A DNA stretch of 64,000 bases from Gammaproteobacteria bacterium (GTDB lineage: Bacteria; Pseudomonadota; Gammaproteobacteria; UBA4575). The stretch is from positions 1,617,495-1,681,494 of the forward strand of contig OZ251487.1 of assembly GCA_965242685.1 (NCBI GenBank), in the 5' to 3' direction. Positions 47,277 through 57,089 of the stretch are shown here, in pieces (positions within the stretch are counted from its first letter, which is position 1; each line of letters opens with the position of its first letter). The notes beneath the pieces were generated by a model, which did not search any database, was not told the origin of the DNA, and worked only from the letters and a program-made list of their open reading frames with translations. A program made the position numbers and the translations under genes.

Positions 47277-49298
47277 GTGGTTCTCATTCCCCCTGTGGCT
47301 TCTCATTTCCTCCGCAGTTCCTCGTTAAGTAATACAGGGCGTTTCCCGGTCTCTTGTGGGGCGTGGGTAGTCTTTTCCCTCTTTCTGTTGGCCGGCCTTG
47401 TCGTACTCGACGACTACGGTGCGTCGTGGGATGAATTCACACAACGGAGATACGCCGAAGAAAATCTGGACTACATCTTGGGAAACTCGGACACTTTTTT
47501 AACAAGACATGATGCGTTTTACGGCGCCACCTTTGACTTATCGCTCTTGCTGGCGGAACGTATTCTTGGACTGGAAGACACCCGTAGTATCTATCTCAGC
47601 CGTCATCTCCTGACCCACCTGTTCTTCCTGTTGGGCGGGGTCTGCTGTTACCTGTTGGCCCTACGCCTGTTCAACAACCGTCTGCTGGCCTTGCTCGCCA
47701 TGCTGCTGTTCCTTCTACATCCCCGACTCTATGCCCATTCCTTCTTCAACAGCAAGGATATTCCTTTCTTTAGTATGTTTATGATCGCCCTGTTTCTGAT
47801 TCATCGGGCTTTTGAACGCGACACCGTGCGGGCGTTTTTGTTATGTGGTGCGGCGGTGGCGGTGCTGATCAACCTGCGGGTGATGGGCGCCATGCTGTTG
47901 CTTGCGGTGGTGGGGATGCGAGGCTTGGACGTTTGGTATGCCGAAGGCAAGCAGGAACGCATACGGGTGCTCAAAACCCTCGGCGGTTTCATACTGAGCA
48001 GCGTATTTGTGCTATACGCCATTTGGCCGTACTTGTGGGAAGACCCGCTCGGGCGGTTGGTGGAGGCCATTACCATCGCCCCCCACCTTCCTTTCACAAG
48101 AATCCAATTGTTCAAGGGGACCTTTTTCAACCCTGCCGACTTACCATGGGACTACCTTCCCACCTGGTTTTTGATCACGACGCCGTGGGCGACGTTGTTG
48201 TTGGGTTTCATTGGTATCGTTGCGGTGGGGTATCGAGGCCTTACCCAACCACGAAAGATAGTGCGCAACACACCACTGCGCTTTCAATGGTTATTGCTGG
48301 CCTGTTTCATATTGCCCATACTGGCCGTTATTGTCTTCAAGCCTACACTCTACACCGGCTGGCGGCACATGCACTTTCTCTATGCACCGTTCTGTCTGTT
48401 GGCGGCATTCGGTTTGTATCAACTGGTATCTTTTTATAGGAAAAAATACTGGAGAGTTGGAGTTTATGCCTTGACGGGAATCGGCTTGGGGATCGTCGTC
48501 ATGGAGATGGCGCAGATTCATCCTTATCAACACTTATACTTCAATGCCCTGGTAGACCGTCACACGCCGGAGTATCTGCGCACCCAATACCAGATGGACT
48601 ATCATGGGACTTCCTATCGTGAAGGACTGGAATACCTGCTGGAACGCGATCCCGACTCGCCTATCCATGTTTCAGGGCGAATTGGCTGGATCAAACGAAA
48701 TAGAGAGATCCTTCCCGCAACGGAGCGACAACGGGTGAAGAAGACAGCACGTTCCGACTTCCACCTCGACGACTATCGTCGAGATGTTTGGGAAGGAAAA
48801 AAACCGAATCTCTTCAATTCTATTCATACGATCAAGGTCTACAACAATACTATTCTTGCTGTGCAGACTACGGATTTAGCGTTGTTGGATGAGTCCGGTC
48901 AAACCTTCTATCGGAACGTCTACCACAAGACAAAGGCCCGTGAGCCGGTCACTCGTTCCGTCTTTGACGTATACAGATACGAGGACAAGCTGATCTACCT
49001 CCGGGAATCCTGTAACCCGGACGACCTGCGGGCACCCTTTTTCTTACACGTCTTTCCGGTCAACGAAACGGACCTTCCCGATTTGTACGAGTATCTCGCA
49101 GAACGAAAAAGACCAAAGGGCTTTGAAAACCTGGACTTTGGTTTTCCCAAACACGGGGTGCGCTTTGACGGAAAATGCGTGGCGGTCGTACCGTTGCCCG
49201 AGTATGAAATCAACTCGATCCGCACCGGACAGTTCACTAGAGAAGGTAAACTTTGGAGTGTCGGCTTGAAAGGGAAATTTTCTCTCAAACAAGACTGA
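47277..49298 (+). CDS. GT-C membrane glycosyltransferase, array copy 3 (start uncertain)
   Basis: Paralogue of copies 1 and 2; DDYGASWDEF; no upstream in-frame ATG, only GTG. Confidence 0.75.
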   Translation: MVLIPPVASHFLRSSSLSNTGRFPVSCGAWVVFSLFLLAGLVVLDDYGASWDEFTQRRYAEENLDYILGNSDTFLTRHDAFYGATFDLSLLLAERILGLEDTRSIYLSRHLLTHLFFLLGGVCCYLLALRLFNNRLLALLAMLLFLLHPRLYAHSFFNSKDIPFFSMFMIALFLIHRAFERDTVRAFLLCGAAVAVLINLRVMGAMLLLAVVGMRGLDVWYAEGKQERIRVLKTLGGFILSSVFVLYAIWPYLWEDPLGRLVEAITIAPHLPFTRIQLFKGTFFNPADLPWDYLPTWFLITTPWATLLLGFIGIVAVGYRGLTQPRKIVRNTPLRFQWLLLACFILPILAVIVFKPTLYTGWRHMHFLYAPFCLLAAFGLYQLVSFYRKKYWRVGVYALTGIGLGIVVMEMAQIHPYQHLYFNALVDRHTPEYLRTQYQMDYHGTSYREGLEYLLERDPDSPIHVSGRIGWIKRNREILPATERQRVKKTARSDFHLDDYRRDVWEGKKPNLFNSIHTIKVYNNTILAVQTTDLALLDESGQTFYRNVYHKTKAREPVTRSVFDVYRYEDKLIYLRESCNPDDLRAPFFLHVFPVNETDLPDLYEYLAERKRPKGFENLDFGFPKHGVRFDGKCVAVVPLPEYEINSIRTGQFTREGKLWSVGLKGKFSLKQD

Positions 49299-49368
49299 AA
49301 CCCCGGGCAGGCGTTTGCGGAAGCTATCCCGTCTCCCCCCGCGTTGTGTTCTGATAAACTATGACGCT

Positions 49369-51849
49369 ATGACACCTGTCCCCCCCCTCCCCCGCAGCTC
49401 GCTAAGTAATATGGGACGTTCCCTAACCTCTCGCGGTGCCTGGGCGTTCGTCCTCGCACTCTTTCTGTTGGTCGGCATCGCCGTACTCGACGATTATGGC
49501 GTGGCATGGGATGACCCTACACAACGTAACATCGCCAAACTGAACGCCGACTACATCTCGGGAAAAGATGACAACCTACAGCTGAGACAAAAAGATAAGC
49601 ATTACGGCATTGCCTTCGAACTCCCCCTGCTGTGGATCGAGCGCGCCCTAGGCCTGGAAGATACCCGTAACATCTATCTTAGCCGTCATCTGCTGATTCA
49701 CCTGTTTTTCCTGTTGGGCGCGGCCTGCTGTTACCTGTTGGCCCTACGCCTGTTCAACAACCGAATCCTCGCCCTGGCCGCCATGCTGCTGTTCCTGTTG
49801 CATCCCCGACTCTATGCCCATTCCTTCCTCAACAGCAAGGATATTCCTTTCTTTAGTATGTTTATGATCACTCTGTTGCTGATTCATCGTGCCTTTGTGC
49901 GCGATACCGTGCGGGCGTTTTTGTTATGCGGTGCGGCGGTGGCGGTGCTGATCAACCTTCGGGTCATGGGCGTCATGCTGTGGATTGCGGTGATTATTAT
50001 GCGGGGCTTGGATGTCTGGTATGCCGAAGGCAGGCAGGAACGCATACGGGTGCTTAAGACCCTTGGCGGCTTCATACTGAGCAGTGTCCTTACCTTGTAT
50101 GCCGTTTGGCCGTACTTGTGGAAAGACCCATTCGGGCGGTTGGTGGAGGCCTTCACTATCGCTTCCCATTACCCTAACAAGGTTACCGAGCTGTTCAAGG
50201 GGGAATTTTTCAGCGGTTTTGATCTTCCCTGGGAGTATCTTCCCACCTGGTTTTTGATCACGACGCCGTGGGTGGCGTTGTTGTTGGGTTTGATCGGTAT
50301 CGTTGCGGTGGGGTATCGGGGTCTCGCCCGACCAAGCAATGTATTGCGCAACACGCCGCTGCGCTTTCAATGGCTACTATTGGCTTGTTTCATATTGCCT
50401 GTGTTGGCGGTTATGCTGTTGGGGTCAACACTCCACGATGGCTGGCGACACATGTACTTCATCTATGCGCCGTTCTGTTTGTTGGCGGCGTATGGTTTGC
50501 ATCAATTGGTATCCCCTTCCAGGAAAAAATACTGGCGGGTCGGCGTTTATGCTCTGACGGGAATCGGCCTGGTCGGAGTGGTCATCGAAATGGTGCAGAT
50601 TCATCCTTATCAAAATGTCTACTTTAACGCCTTGGTAGACCGTCACACACCAGAGTATCTGCGCACCCAATATGAGATGGACTATTGGGGGACTTCCTAT
50701 CGTGAAGGGCTGGAATACCTGCTGGAACACTATCCCGACTCGCCCGTCCGTGTTTATAGGAAGAGGTATAGCCATGCAGACATAAACAGTTTGATCCTTC
50801 CCGCAACGGAGCGCCGGCGGATTGTGTTTGATGATGATACACCGAGTGCCCCACACTTCGCCATGATATTCTTCCATAATGATACCGTCCGTGATGATGC
50901 GCTGAGTAGTCCATACTTCGCCATGTACCCCATGTATCCCACACCTTCCGATAAAGAAGAGCTGATCCACACCATCAAAATATATAACAACACCATCCTG
51001 GCGGTGTACGCCGTGAACCTGGACCTTCTGCCGGATGAGCAAGCCTTCTATCGGAATGTCTACCACAAGACAAAGACTCGTAAGCCGGTCATTCGTTCCT
51101 TCTTTGACGTGTATTGGTACAGAGGTGGTGGCGGGCTGCCCCATCATGATTCTGCTGTAGAGTTTCGGTACACAGACAGGCTGGTTTACATCAGGGAATC
51201 CTGCCATCCGGATGACCTAAAGCAACGCTTTTTTCTACACATCTTTCCAAAAAACAGAGACGACGACCTGCCCGATTCCCATCGGCCGCACGACTCTGAC
51301 AATTTAGACTTTGACTTTTTCCAATACGGCAGACGGGTGGACGGAAAATGTATGGTAGTCGTGCCGTTGCCCGAATATGACATGGATTATATCCGCACTG
51401 GACAGTACGGCCACGAAGGTGAACTCTGGAGCGGCGGCTTGAAACTGCAAACTGAAACAAGCCGGCTAACGAATACTACGGCATGGCTAGATAATACCCC
51501 ATGGCGGGAAATTATCTCCGGAAAACCGGCGATTGATTCCGCCTTCGACGTGTACCTGGACGAGAACCGGCTGATCTACTTCAAACAACCCTGCGCGGTG
51601 GCAGATACGCGGGCCGAGTTTTTTCTGAACATCTATTCAGAGGACACGAATAACCTCTCCGACCGAAAAGACGGCCTGATAAAAACGAAAATCCCTTTTT
51701 ATTTTCCTATGTATGGCAAACGTTTTGACGACCAATGCGTGGCCGTCGTACCGCTGCCCGAGGTTGACATCGTCCGTATCAGGACCGGTCAACGGCGACC
51801 CGGCCCCGATAGGAAAAAAGTATGGAAAGGGAAGTTTTCTCTCAAATAA
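49369..51849 (+). CDS. GT-C membrane glycosyltransferase, array copy 4, with two C-terminal domain repeats
   Basis: Paralogue; ATG 49369 followed by interrupted tract C8-T-C5; the FDVY...C...FFL...C.A/VVPLPE...IRTGQ...W module occurs twice. Confidence 0.8.
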   Translation: MTPVPPLPRSSLSNMGRSLTSRGAWAFVLALFLLVGIAVLDDYGVAWDDPTQRNIAKLNADYISGKDDNLQLRQKDKHYGIAFELPLLWIERALGLEDTRNIYLSRHLLIHLFFLLGAACCYLLALRLFNNRILALAAMLLFLLHPRLYAHSFLNSKDIPFFSMFMITLLLIHRAFVRDTVRAFLLCGAAVAVLINLRVMGVMLWIAVIIMRGLDVWYAEGRQERIRVLKTLGGFILSSVLTLYAVWPYLWKDPFGRLVEAFTIASHYPNKVTELFKGEFFSGFDLPWEYLPTWFLITTPWVALLLGLIGIVAVGYRGLARPSNVLRNTPLRFQWLLLACFILPVLAVMLLGSTLHDGWRHMYFIYAPFCLLAAYGLHQLVSPSRKKYWRVGVYALTGIGLVGVVIEMVQIHPYQNVYFNALVDRHTPEYLRTQYEMDYWGTSYREGLEYLLEHYPDSPVRVYRKRYSHADINSLILPATERRRIVFDDDTPSAPHFAMIFFHNDTVRDDALSSPYFAMYPMYPTPSDKEELIHTIKIYNNTILAVYAVNLDLLPDEQAFYRNVYHKTKTRKPVIRSFFDVYWYRGGGGLPHHDSAVEFRYTDRLVYIRESCHPDDLKQRFFLHIFPKNRDDDLPDSHRPHDSDNLDFDFFQYGRRVDGKCMVVVPLPEYDMDYIRTGQYGHEGELWSGGLKLQTETSRLTNTTAWLDNTPWREIISGKPAIDSAFDVYLDENRLIYFKQPCAVADTRAEFFLNIYSEDTNNLSDRKDGLIKTKIPFYFPMYGKRFDDQCVAVVPLPEVDIVRIRTGQRRPGPDRKKVWKGKFSLK

Positions 51850-51876
51850 ATAAGTGAAACTTCACGGAGACGACCT

Positions 51877-54014
51877 ATGAGCTATGAGGGAATGAAAAGG
51901 TCATCGGTGATTCGACAAATCCTACACCGCTGGCCGTACCTCATACTGCTGCTGACGCTGTCAACCGTCTTTATATCCGGCGGCGACCGAGGCTATTTTT
52001 ACCAGGGCTATGACTGGTCCTCATCTATGAATATAGCTATAGCCGCCAATCTTTCCCCCCGGCATGGCTTTCTCATGTTTCAGCACAAAACACGGGATGA
52101 AGATGGCAACCAAGTCTACGCCCCCTACAACCGCTTTCCAATCGGGGGGTACGCATTACTGAAACTGTCCATATTGCCCTTCGGAGACGACCTCTCCGCA
52201 CAAATCCGCGCCGCCAGGATACTGATGCTGCTGTTGTTTATCGCCAGCGCGGTATTGGCGTACCTGGCACTGTGTCGTCTCGTCGGCAATCGAGGCATCG
52301 CCCTGGCCGCAACGCTGCTGGCCTTCTCCTCCTATAACATCCTGTACTTCAACACGATGATCGGAGAAGTCATGGTCGGCCTGCTTGGAATGATGTTGGT
52401 CTTCCACGGCATGGTCGTCTTTGTCCAGGAAAACCGCTTCCGACAGTTGTTGATCAAGGTAGGTATTGGATTATTGTTGAACTGGCACGTCTTTGCATTG
52501 CTCCTCCCCTTTACTTTTCTTGGCCTGATGAAAGAATTATTTACAAGTCTGAGGGCACGGCCGCCCCCCTATATTTTGAAACGTCTGACGGTTTCTCTGT
52601 TGCGCAGCCGTTATTTGGTACTCGGTGTCTTTGCCCTGTTTTTCGGTACGGCGGTACTGACATTTAATCTCACGAATGAATACATTGCATTGGATGGCAA
52701 GACCCCCCTGACAGAATTGCCGACTTTCGGTTCTCTCAAGGCTCGTACCGGGCTAGATCCAGAGTTTAACGCCACTTTTGCCGACGATCTGACGTGGAAA
52801 ACCTACCTGAAACAACAGTCCGAGAAATTGTATCGAGCATTACTTCCCGCCGCCGTGATGCTGGACGTGGTGCTGGATGGTACCGATATAGACATAAATG
52901 AAGCCGTCCCTTACCGTATCCCGTGGTACCGGCCGACGCCGCATGATAGCCCCCCCAAAGTCGGCACAGTCGAAGTTATACTCACTTTTTGTATGATCGC
53001 GCCATGGTTTCTTCGCTTTTTTCATCGCCACAAAATCCTGCTGGTGTCCTTGGCGCTATCGGGGCCGGTGTGGGCACTGCTGATGCGTAGAACCGTTGCC
53101 TTTCATGAATTTGAAAGCGTTTATTACATCGGCATCCCGCTGGTTTTTTTCTCCTTGGTGCTATCGTACACACACCGGTTATCCAAAAGATGGGCCGCCC
53201 TTGTGGTCGGTGCGGCCGTCATGGTCTCGGCGGTAGGCTTTGCCTTTTCCAGCCTGCAAACGGGCGACATCGGCCACGATCCCGAAATGGCCGAATATCA
53301 GGCGTCGTTGGTCAACGAATTCAGTGCCATCCGCAAAATTACCCAAGGAAAAAATGTCTTTTTCCCAATATCTGATTATTACACAAACGAGATTCTATTT
53401 TCTGGCGCGCGGCACGGCCTGGACTACTATTTTTCCGGCAGCCACCTCTTTTTCAAAGGTCAAACTGGCAACGACTTGGACAGCTATTGCGTCACGCGTA
53501 AATCGGCAGATGGCTTTCCTTCTTTGACGCCCGACAATCAAAAAGTATTCCTGTATGCAGATGCCGCCACCTGCGACAAACTGGATGCGGCACAACGAAA
53601 GGAAGCCCGTAAAATGTATCGACAAGCCGTCCTTGGTCGGCAACCGGTCATTCGTCCTTCTTTGACGTGTATTGGTACAGAGGTGGTGGCGGGCTGCCCC
53701 ATCATGATTCTGCTGTAGAGTTTCGGCATCAAGACACCCTGGTTTACATCAGGGAGTCCTGTACCGAAAGCGATACCGAAGCGCGTTTTTTATTGCATTT
53801 TGAACCGTTCGATGTGGACGACTTACCCGAATCCCGTCGGTCGCACGGTTTTGACAATCGGGACTTTGTTTTTCCCAAACACGGCAAACGGATGGACGGA
53901 ACCTGTATGGCGGTCGTGCCATTGCCCGAATATGAAATCAGCTTGATCCGCACCGGGCAGTACACGAACGAAGGTGTGATCTGGGAAGGGAAGTTTTCTC
54001 TCAAGCAAGATTGA
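51877..54014 (+). pseudogene. Divergent multi-TM GT-C-like gene, array copy 5, with a 1-bp frameshift near 53655 that detaches the C-terminal domain
   Basis: ORFs 51877-53718 and 53667-54014 join if one T is restored (CGT-CCTTC here versus CGT-TCCTTC in copy 4); N-part has YNRFPIGGY and HEFE and differs from copies 1-4. Confidence 0.7.
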
Positions 54015-54071
54015 AACATCAGGCCGGCGTTTGCGGACGGCTACAATTTTTCCCCATGTTGTGTTCCGATT

Positions 54072-54103
54072 GGGGTTAGGTCGGGTGGGGTCGGGTCGGG
54101 CGG
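54072..54103 (+). repeat. G-run repeat, putative G-quadruplex
   Basis: GGGGTTAGGTCGGGTGGGGTCGGGTCGGGCGG; five runs of three or more G, the last four separated by 1-2 nt loops. Confidence 0.7.
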
Positions 54104-54164
54104 AATCTGCTGTTTTCTGGTTTAGTGCCAATCGCGGTTGTCCAGATGGCGACATGACAACGGG

Positions 54165-55067
54165 CTACGCCATCAATTTTTCCAACAGCGCCTTCTGTGC
54201 GTGAAGGCGATTTTCAGCCGCGTCCCACACAACACTGTGTACGCCGTTCAGTACGTCGTCGGTCACTTCTTCGTCGCGGTGGGCCGGCAAGCAGTGCATG
54301 AACAGGGCGTCTTTGTTGGCATGGGACATTAATGATGCGTTTACTTGATAGCCTCTAAAGGCTTGTTTTCTTTCATGTCGTTCCTGTTCCTGCCCCATAC
54401 TCGCCCAAGCGTCGGTGACCACCAAATCGGCATTTTGAACGGCGGCTTGCGGGTCGTGCAATATTGAAACCCTGTCTTTTGCTTGCGCGACGATGTCGGC
54501 GCGCGGGCTGTATTGTTGCGGACAGGCAACGTGCAGACGGAATTTAAACTGTCGGGCGGCGTTGATGTAGGAATGACACATGTTGTTGCCGTCTCCAATC
54601 CAAGCCACTGTAGCACCCTCGATTTCGCCTCGATGTTCGCGCCAGGTCTGCATATCTGCCAGCAGCTGGCAAGGGTGGTACAAGTCTGTCAATCCGTTGA
54701 TTACCGGAACACTGGAATGCGCGGCAAAAGTTTCTGCGTCCACATGTTTGAAGGTGCGTATCATTATGGCGTCTACCATTCGCGACAGCACACGTGCACT
54801 GTCTTTGACGGGTTCGCCACGTCCTTGTTGCGTATCGCGAGAAGACAGAAAAATTGCATGTCCGCCCAGTTGAATCATGCCGGCTTCAAAAGATACGCGC
54901 GTGCGCGTGGAGGATTTGTCAAAGATCATCGCCAATACCTTGTCTTGCAAAGGGGTGTAATGGTTTCCTCGTTGAAACTGCTTTTTCATCTCGATTGCGT
55001 GCGTCAACAACTCTTCAAGCTCAAGAGGCGTGAGATCAAGCAGGGTTAGAAAGTGACGGATGCTCAC
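54165..55067 (-). CDS. argF: Ornithine carbamoyltransferase
   Basis: [33 protein letters not shown]. Confidence 0.97.
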   Translation of the reverse strand: MSIRHFLTLLDLTPLELEELLTHAIEMKKQFQRGNHYTPLQDKVLAMIFDKSSTRTRVSFEAGMIQLGGHAIFLSSRDTQQGRGEPVKDSARVLSRMVDAIMIRTFKHVDAETFAAHSSVPVINGLTDLYHPCQLLADMQTWREHRGEIEGATVAWIGDGNNMCHSYINAARQFKFRLHVACPQQYSPRADIVAQAKDRVSILHDPQAAVQNADLVVTDAWASMGQEQERHERKQAFRGYQVNASLMSHANKDALFMHCLPAHRDEEVTDDVLNGVHSVVWDAAENRLHAQKALLEKLMA

Positions 55068-55086
55068 GGTATAAATGGGGGTTGGC

Positions 55087-56283
55087 TCAGTTGCGCTGCA
55101 AGGCCGTAAATTCGGATATGCCTTCTATAAGGGTGTTTACGATGATGTCCGCATGTTTCTTTTCTATTATCAACGGTGGCAAAAGTCGTATCACGGAGTC
55201 GGCGGTTACGTTGATCAATAGGTGGCGTTTCAGGCATAGATCCACGAGTTGATGGCACGCCGGTGTAAGTTCCACGCCAATCATCAAGCCTTTGCCCCGC
55301 ACTTCTCTGACGTATTTGCAATCGGCAAGCTCTGCCCGCAAGCTTTCCATTATGTACACGCCGAGGCGGGCGGCATTTTCGCATAGATTTTGCGTTTCTA
55401 TGGTTTCAAGTGTCGCCAGGGCGGTACGACAGGCAAGCGGATTGCCGCCAAAAGTAGAGCCGTGCGAGCCGGGCTTGAATAGTTCCGCCACGTGTCTTTT
55501 TGCCAGGCACGCGCCTATGGGCACGCCGTTTGCCAGACCTTTGGCAGTCACGACGACGTCGGGACGGGCGTCTTCGTGCTGGAAACAAAACCATTTTCCG
55601 GTGCGCCCGTTGCCGGTCTGCACTTCATCCAGCATTAGCAAGGCCCCGTGTTTGTCACATAGTGCGCGCAACTTTGATAAGTATCCCTGCGAAGGGACAT
55701 TGATTCCGGCTTCACCCTGAATGGGCTCGACCAGCACGGCGACGACGTTTGTGTCTTCCGCCAGCACTGATTCTACCGCGCTGACGTCGTTGTACGGTAC
55801 CCGCATGAAACCGGATACAAGCGGCTCAAATCCGTCGTGTGCCTTGTGGCTGCCGGTTGCGGTAAGCGTTGCCATGGTACGTCCGTGAAAGCTGTTTTCC
55901 ATCACGATAATTGTGGGTGTATCGATGTTTTTACGGTGCCCGTAAAGTCTCGCCAGTTTTATCGCCGCCTCGTTTGCTTCGGCACCGGAGTTGCAAAAGA
56001 AGGCGGCATTCATTCCCGATAATTGACAAAGCTTTGCGCCAAGCTGTTCCTGTAACGTTATTTGATACAGGTTGGAGGTGTGTATGAGTCTGGACGCCTG
56101 GTCGGTAACGGCACGGACTACGGCCGGATGGGCATGGCCCAGTCCACATACGGCGATGCCGGATAGGGCGTCGAAGTATGGTTCGTCCTCATCGGGGGTA
56201 TGTAGCCATACGCCTTCACCGCGAGCAAAGGCGATTCGCTTGCGTGCATAGGTGTCCATCAAGGGGTTTTTAGGGTGAACCAT
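55087..56283 (-). CDS. argD: Acetylornithine aminotransferase
   Basis: [39 protein letters not shown]; adjacent to argF. Confidence 0.93.
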   Translation of the reverse strand: MVHPKNPLMDTYARKRIAFARGEGVWLHTPDEDEPYFDALSGIAVCGLGHAHPAVVRAVTDQASRLIHTSNLYQITLQEQLGAKLCQLSGMNAAFFCNSGAEANEAAIKLARLYGHRKNIDTPTIIVMENSFHGRTMATLTATGSHKAHDGFEPLVSGFMRVPYNDVSAVESVLAEDTNVVAVLVEPIQGEAGINVPSQGYLSKLRALCDKHGALLMLDEVQTGNGRTGKWFCFQHEDARPDVVVTAKGLANGVPIGACLAKRHVAELFKPGSHGSTFGGNPLACRTALATLETIETQNLCENAARLGVYIMESLRAELADCKYVREVRGKGLMIGVELTPACHQLVDLCLKRHLLINVTADSVIRLLPPLIIEKKHADIIVNTLIEGISEFTALQRN

Positions 56284-56385
56284 TTTTCAGTTGCACGCAT
56301 GAAAGAGGCAGCACCACCTCACCAGGAACGGCGCCCGGATGCAGCAAAACCCGGGCGTTTGGTCAGAAGTTAAGGTTGCTGTCCC

Positions 56386-56964
56386 TCAGATAAACATGCC
56401 GTGTCCCGCCGCAACCATGCACGCCAGCATGGGAATAGACAGAAAGGTATTGGTACGCGAAGCCATGAAAGCGATCTTCTTGGCCTTGGCCTTTTCATCG
56501 TCACTCGCCTCTACCATGCCCAGTACCTTTTTCTGGTTGGGCCAGATCAATACCCAGACATTGAAGAGCATGATCGTGCCTAGCCACGCGCCGACGCCAA
56601 TGGCCGTTACACCATTCGTCGCAAAGAAATTTGTAGTGAAACCACCTACATATTCCAGCGCCCAGGCACCCGTCAGCCAGGTAACCACCGCACCCCAGCG
56701 AAACCAGACGAGTGCGCGAGGGGCGACGTATTTGCCGATTGCCGCAGGGCCGGGGCCATCACTGTCTGCCGCCGCCTCATTCATCGCCGGGACCTGTACG
56801 AAGTTGAAGTAGTACAGCAAACCGATCCAGACAATGCCGGCGAGGACGTGCAACCACACCGCAAGCGACCATATATTAAGGCCGCCCGAAAAACCAAGTG
56901 CAATTAAAATTGCAACAATCACGCCCGCAATGATTGTACCAAGAATGGAATTTAGTGGATTCAT
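56386..56964 (-). CDS. PuuD-like (urate oxidase N-terminal family) membrane protein without cytochrome c domain
   Basis: WLHVLAGIVWIGLLYYFNFVQ, WFRWGA, IMLFNVWVLIWPNQKK, SRTN. Confidence 0.75.
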   Translation of the reverse strand: MNPLNSILGTIIAGVIVAILIALGFSGGLNIWSLAVWLHVLAGIVWIGLLYYFNFVQVPAMNEAAADSDGPGPAAIGKYVAPRALVWFRWGAVVTWLTGAWALEYVGGFTTNFFATNGVTAIGVGAWLGTIMLFNVWVLIWPNQKKVLGMVEASDDEKAKAKKIAFMASRTNTFLSIPMLACMVAAGHGMFI

Positions 56965-57089
56965 AAGGGTCTCTCCGCCTGTAATAGTTGTTCTTTGAAG
57001 TTTATCATTTTAGCATATTTCTATGCCGCTAAAATTATAATGGATCATTGCAACCGACAACCCTATAAATCTGAAAATTATTACCCGTT

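Noticed and set aside
43024-54014. Diversity-generating retroelement explanation for the variable repeats
   Set aside because: No reverse transcriptase in the window, and differences between the 3' ends of the copies are not restricted to adenines
54483-55049. Long antisense or alternate-frame ORFs (also 4070-4774, 32168-32773, 35080-35751, 50425-51207, 61548-62318)
   Set aside because: They are shadows of well-supported genes on the opposite strand and show no protein motifs
56327-56362. Hairpin GCCCGG...CCGGGC between the puuD-like gene and argD as an intrinsic terminator
   Set aside because: Long loop and no convincing U-tract on the transcribed strand
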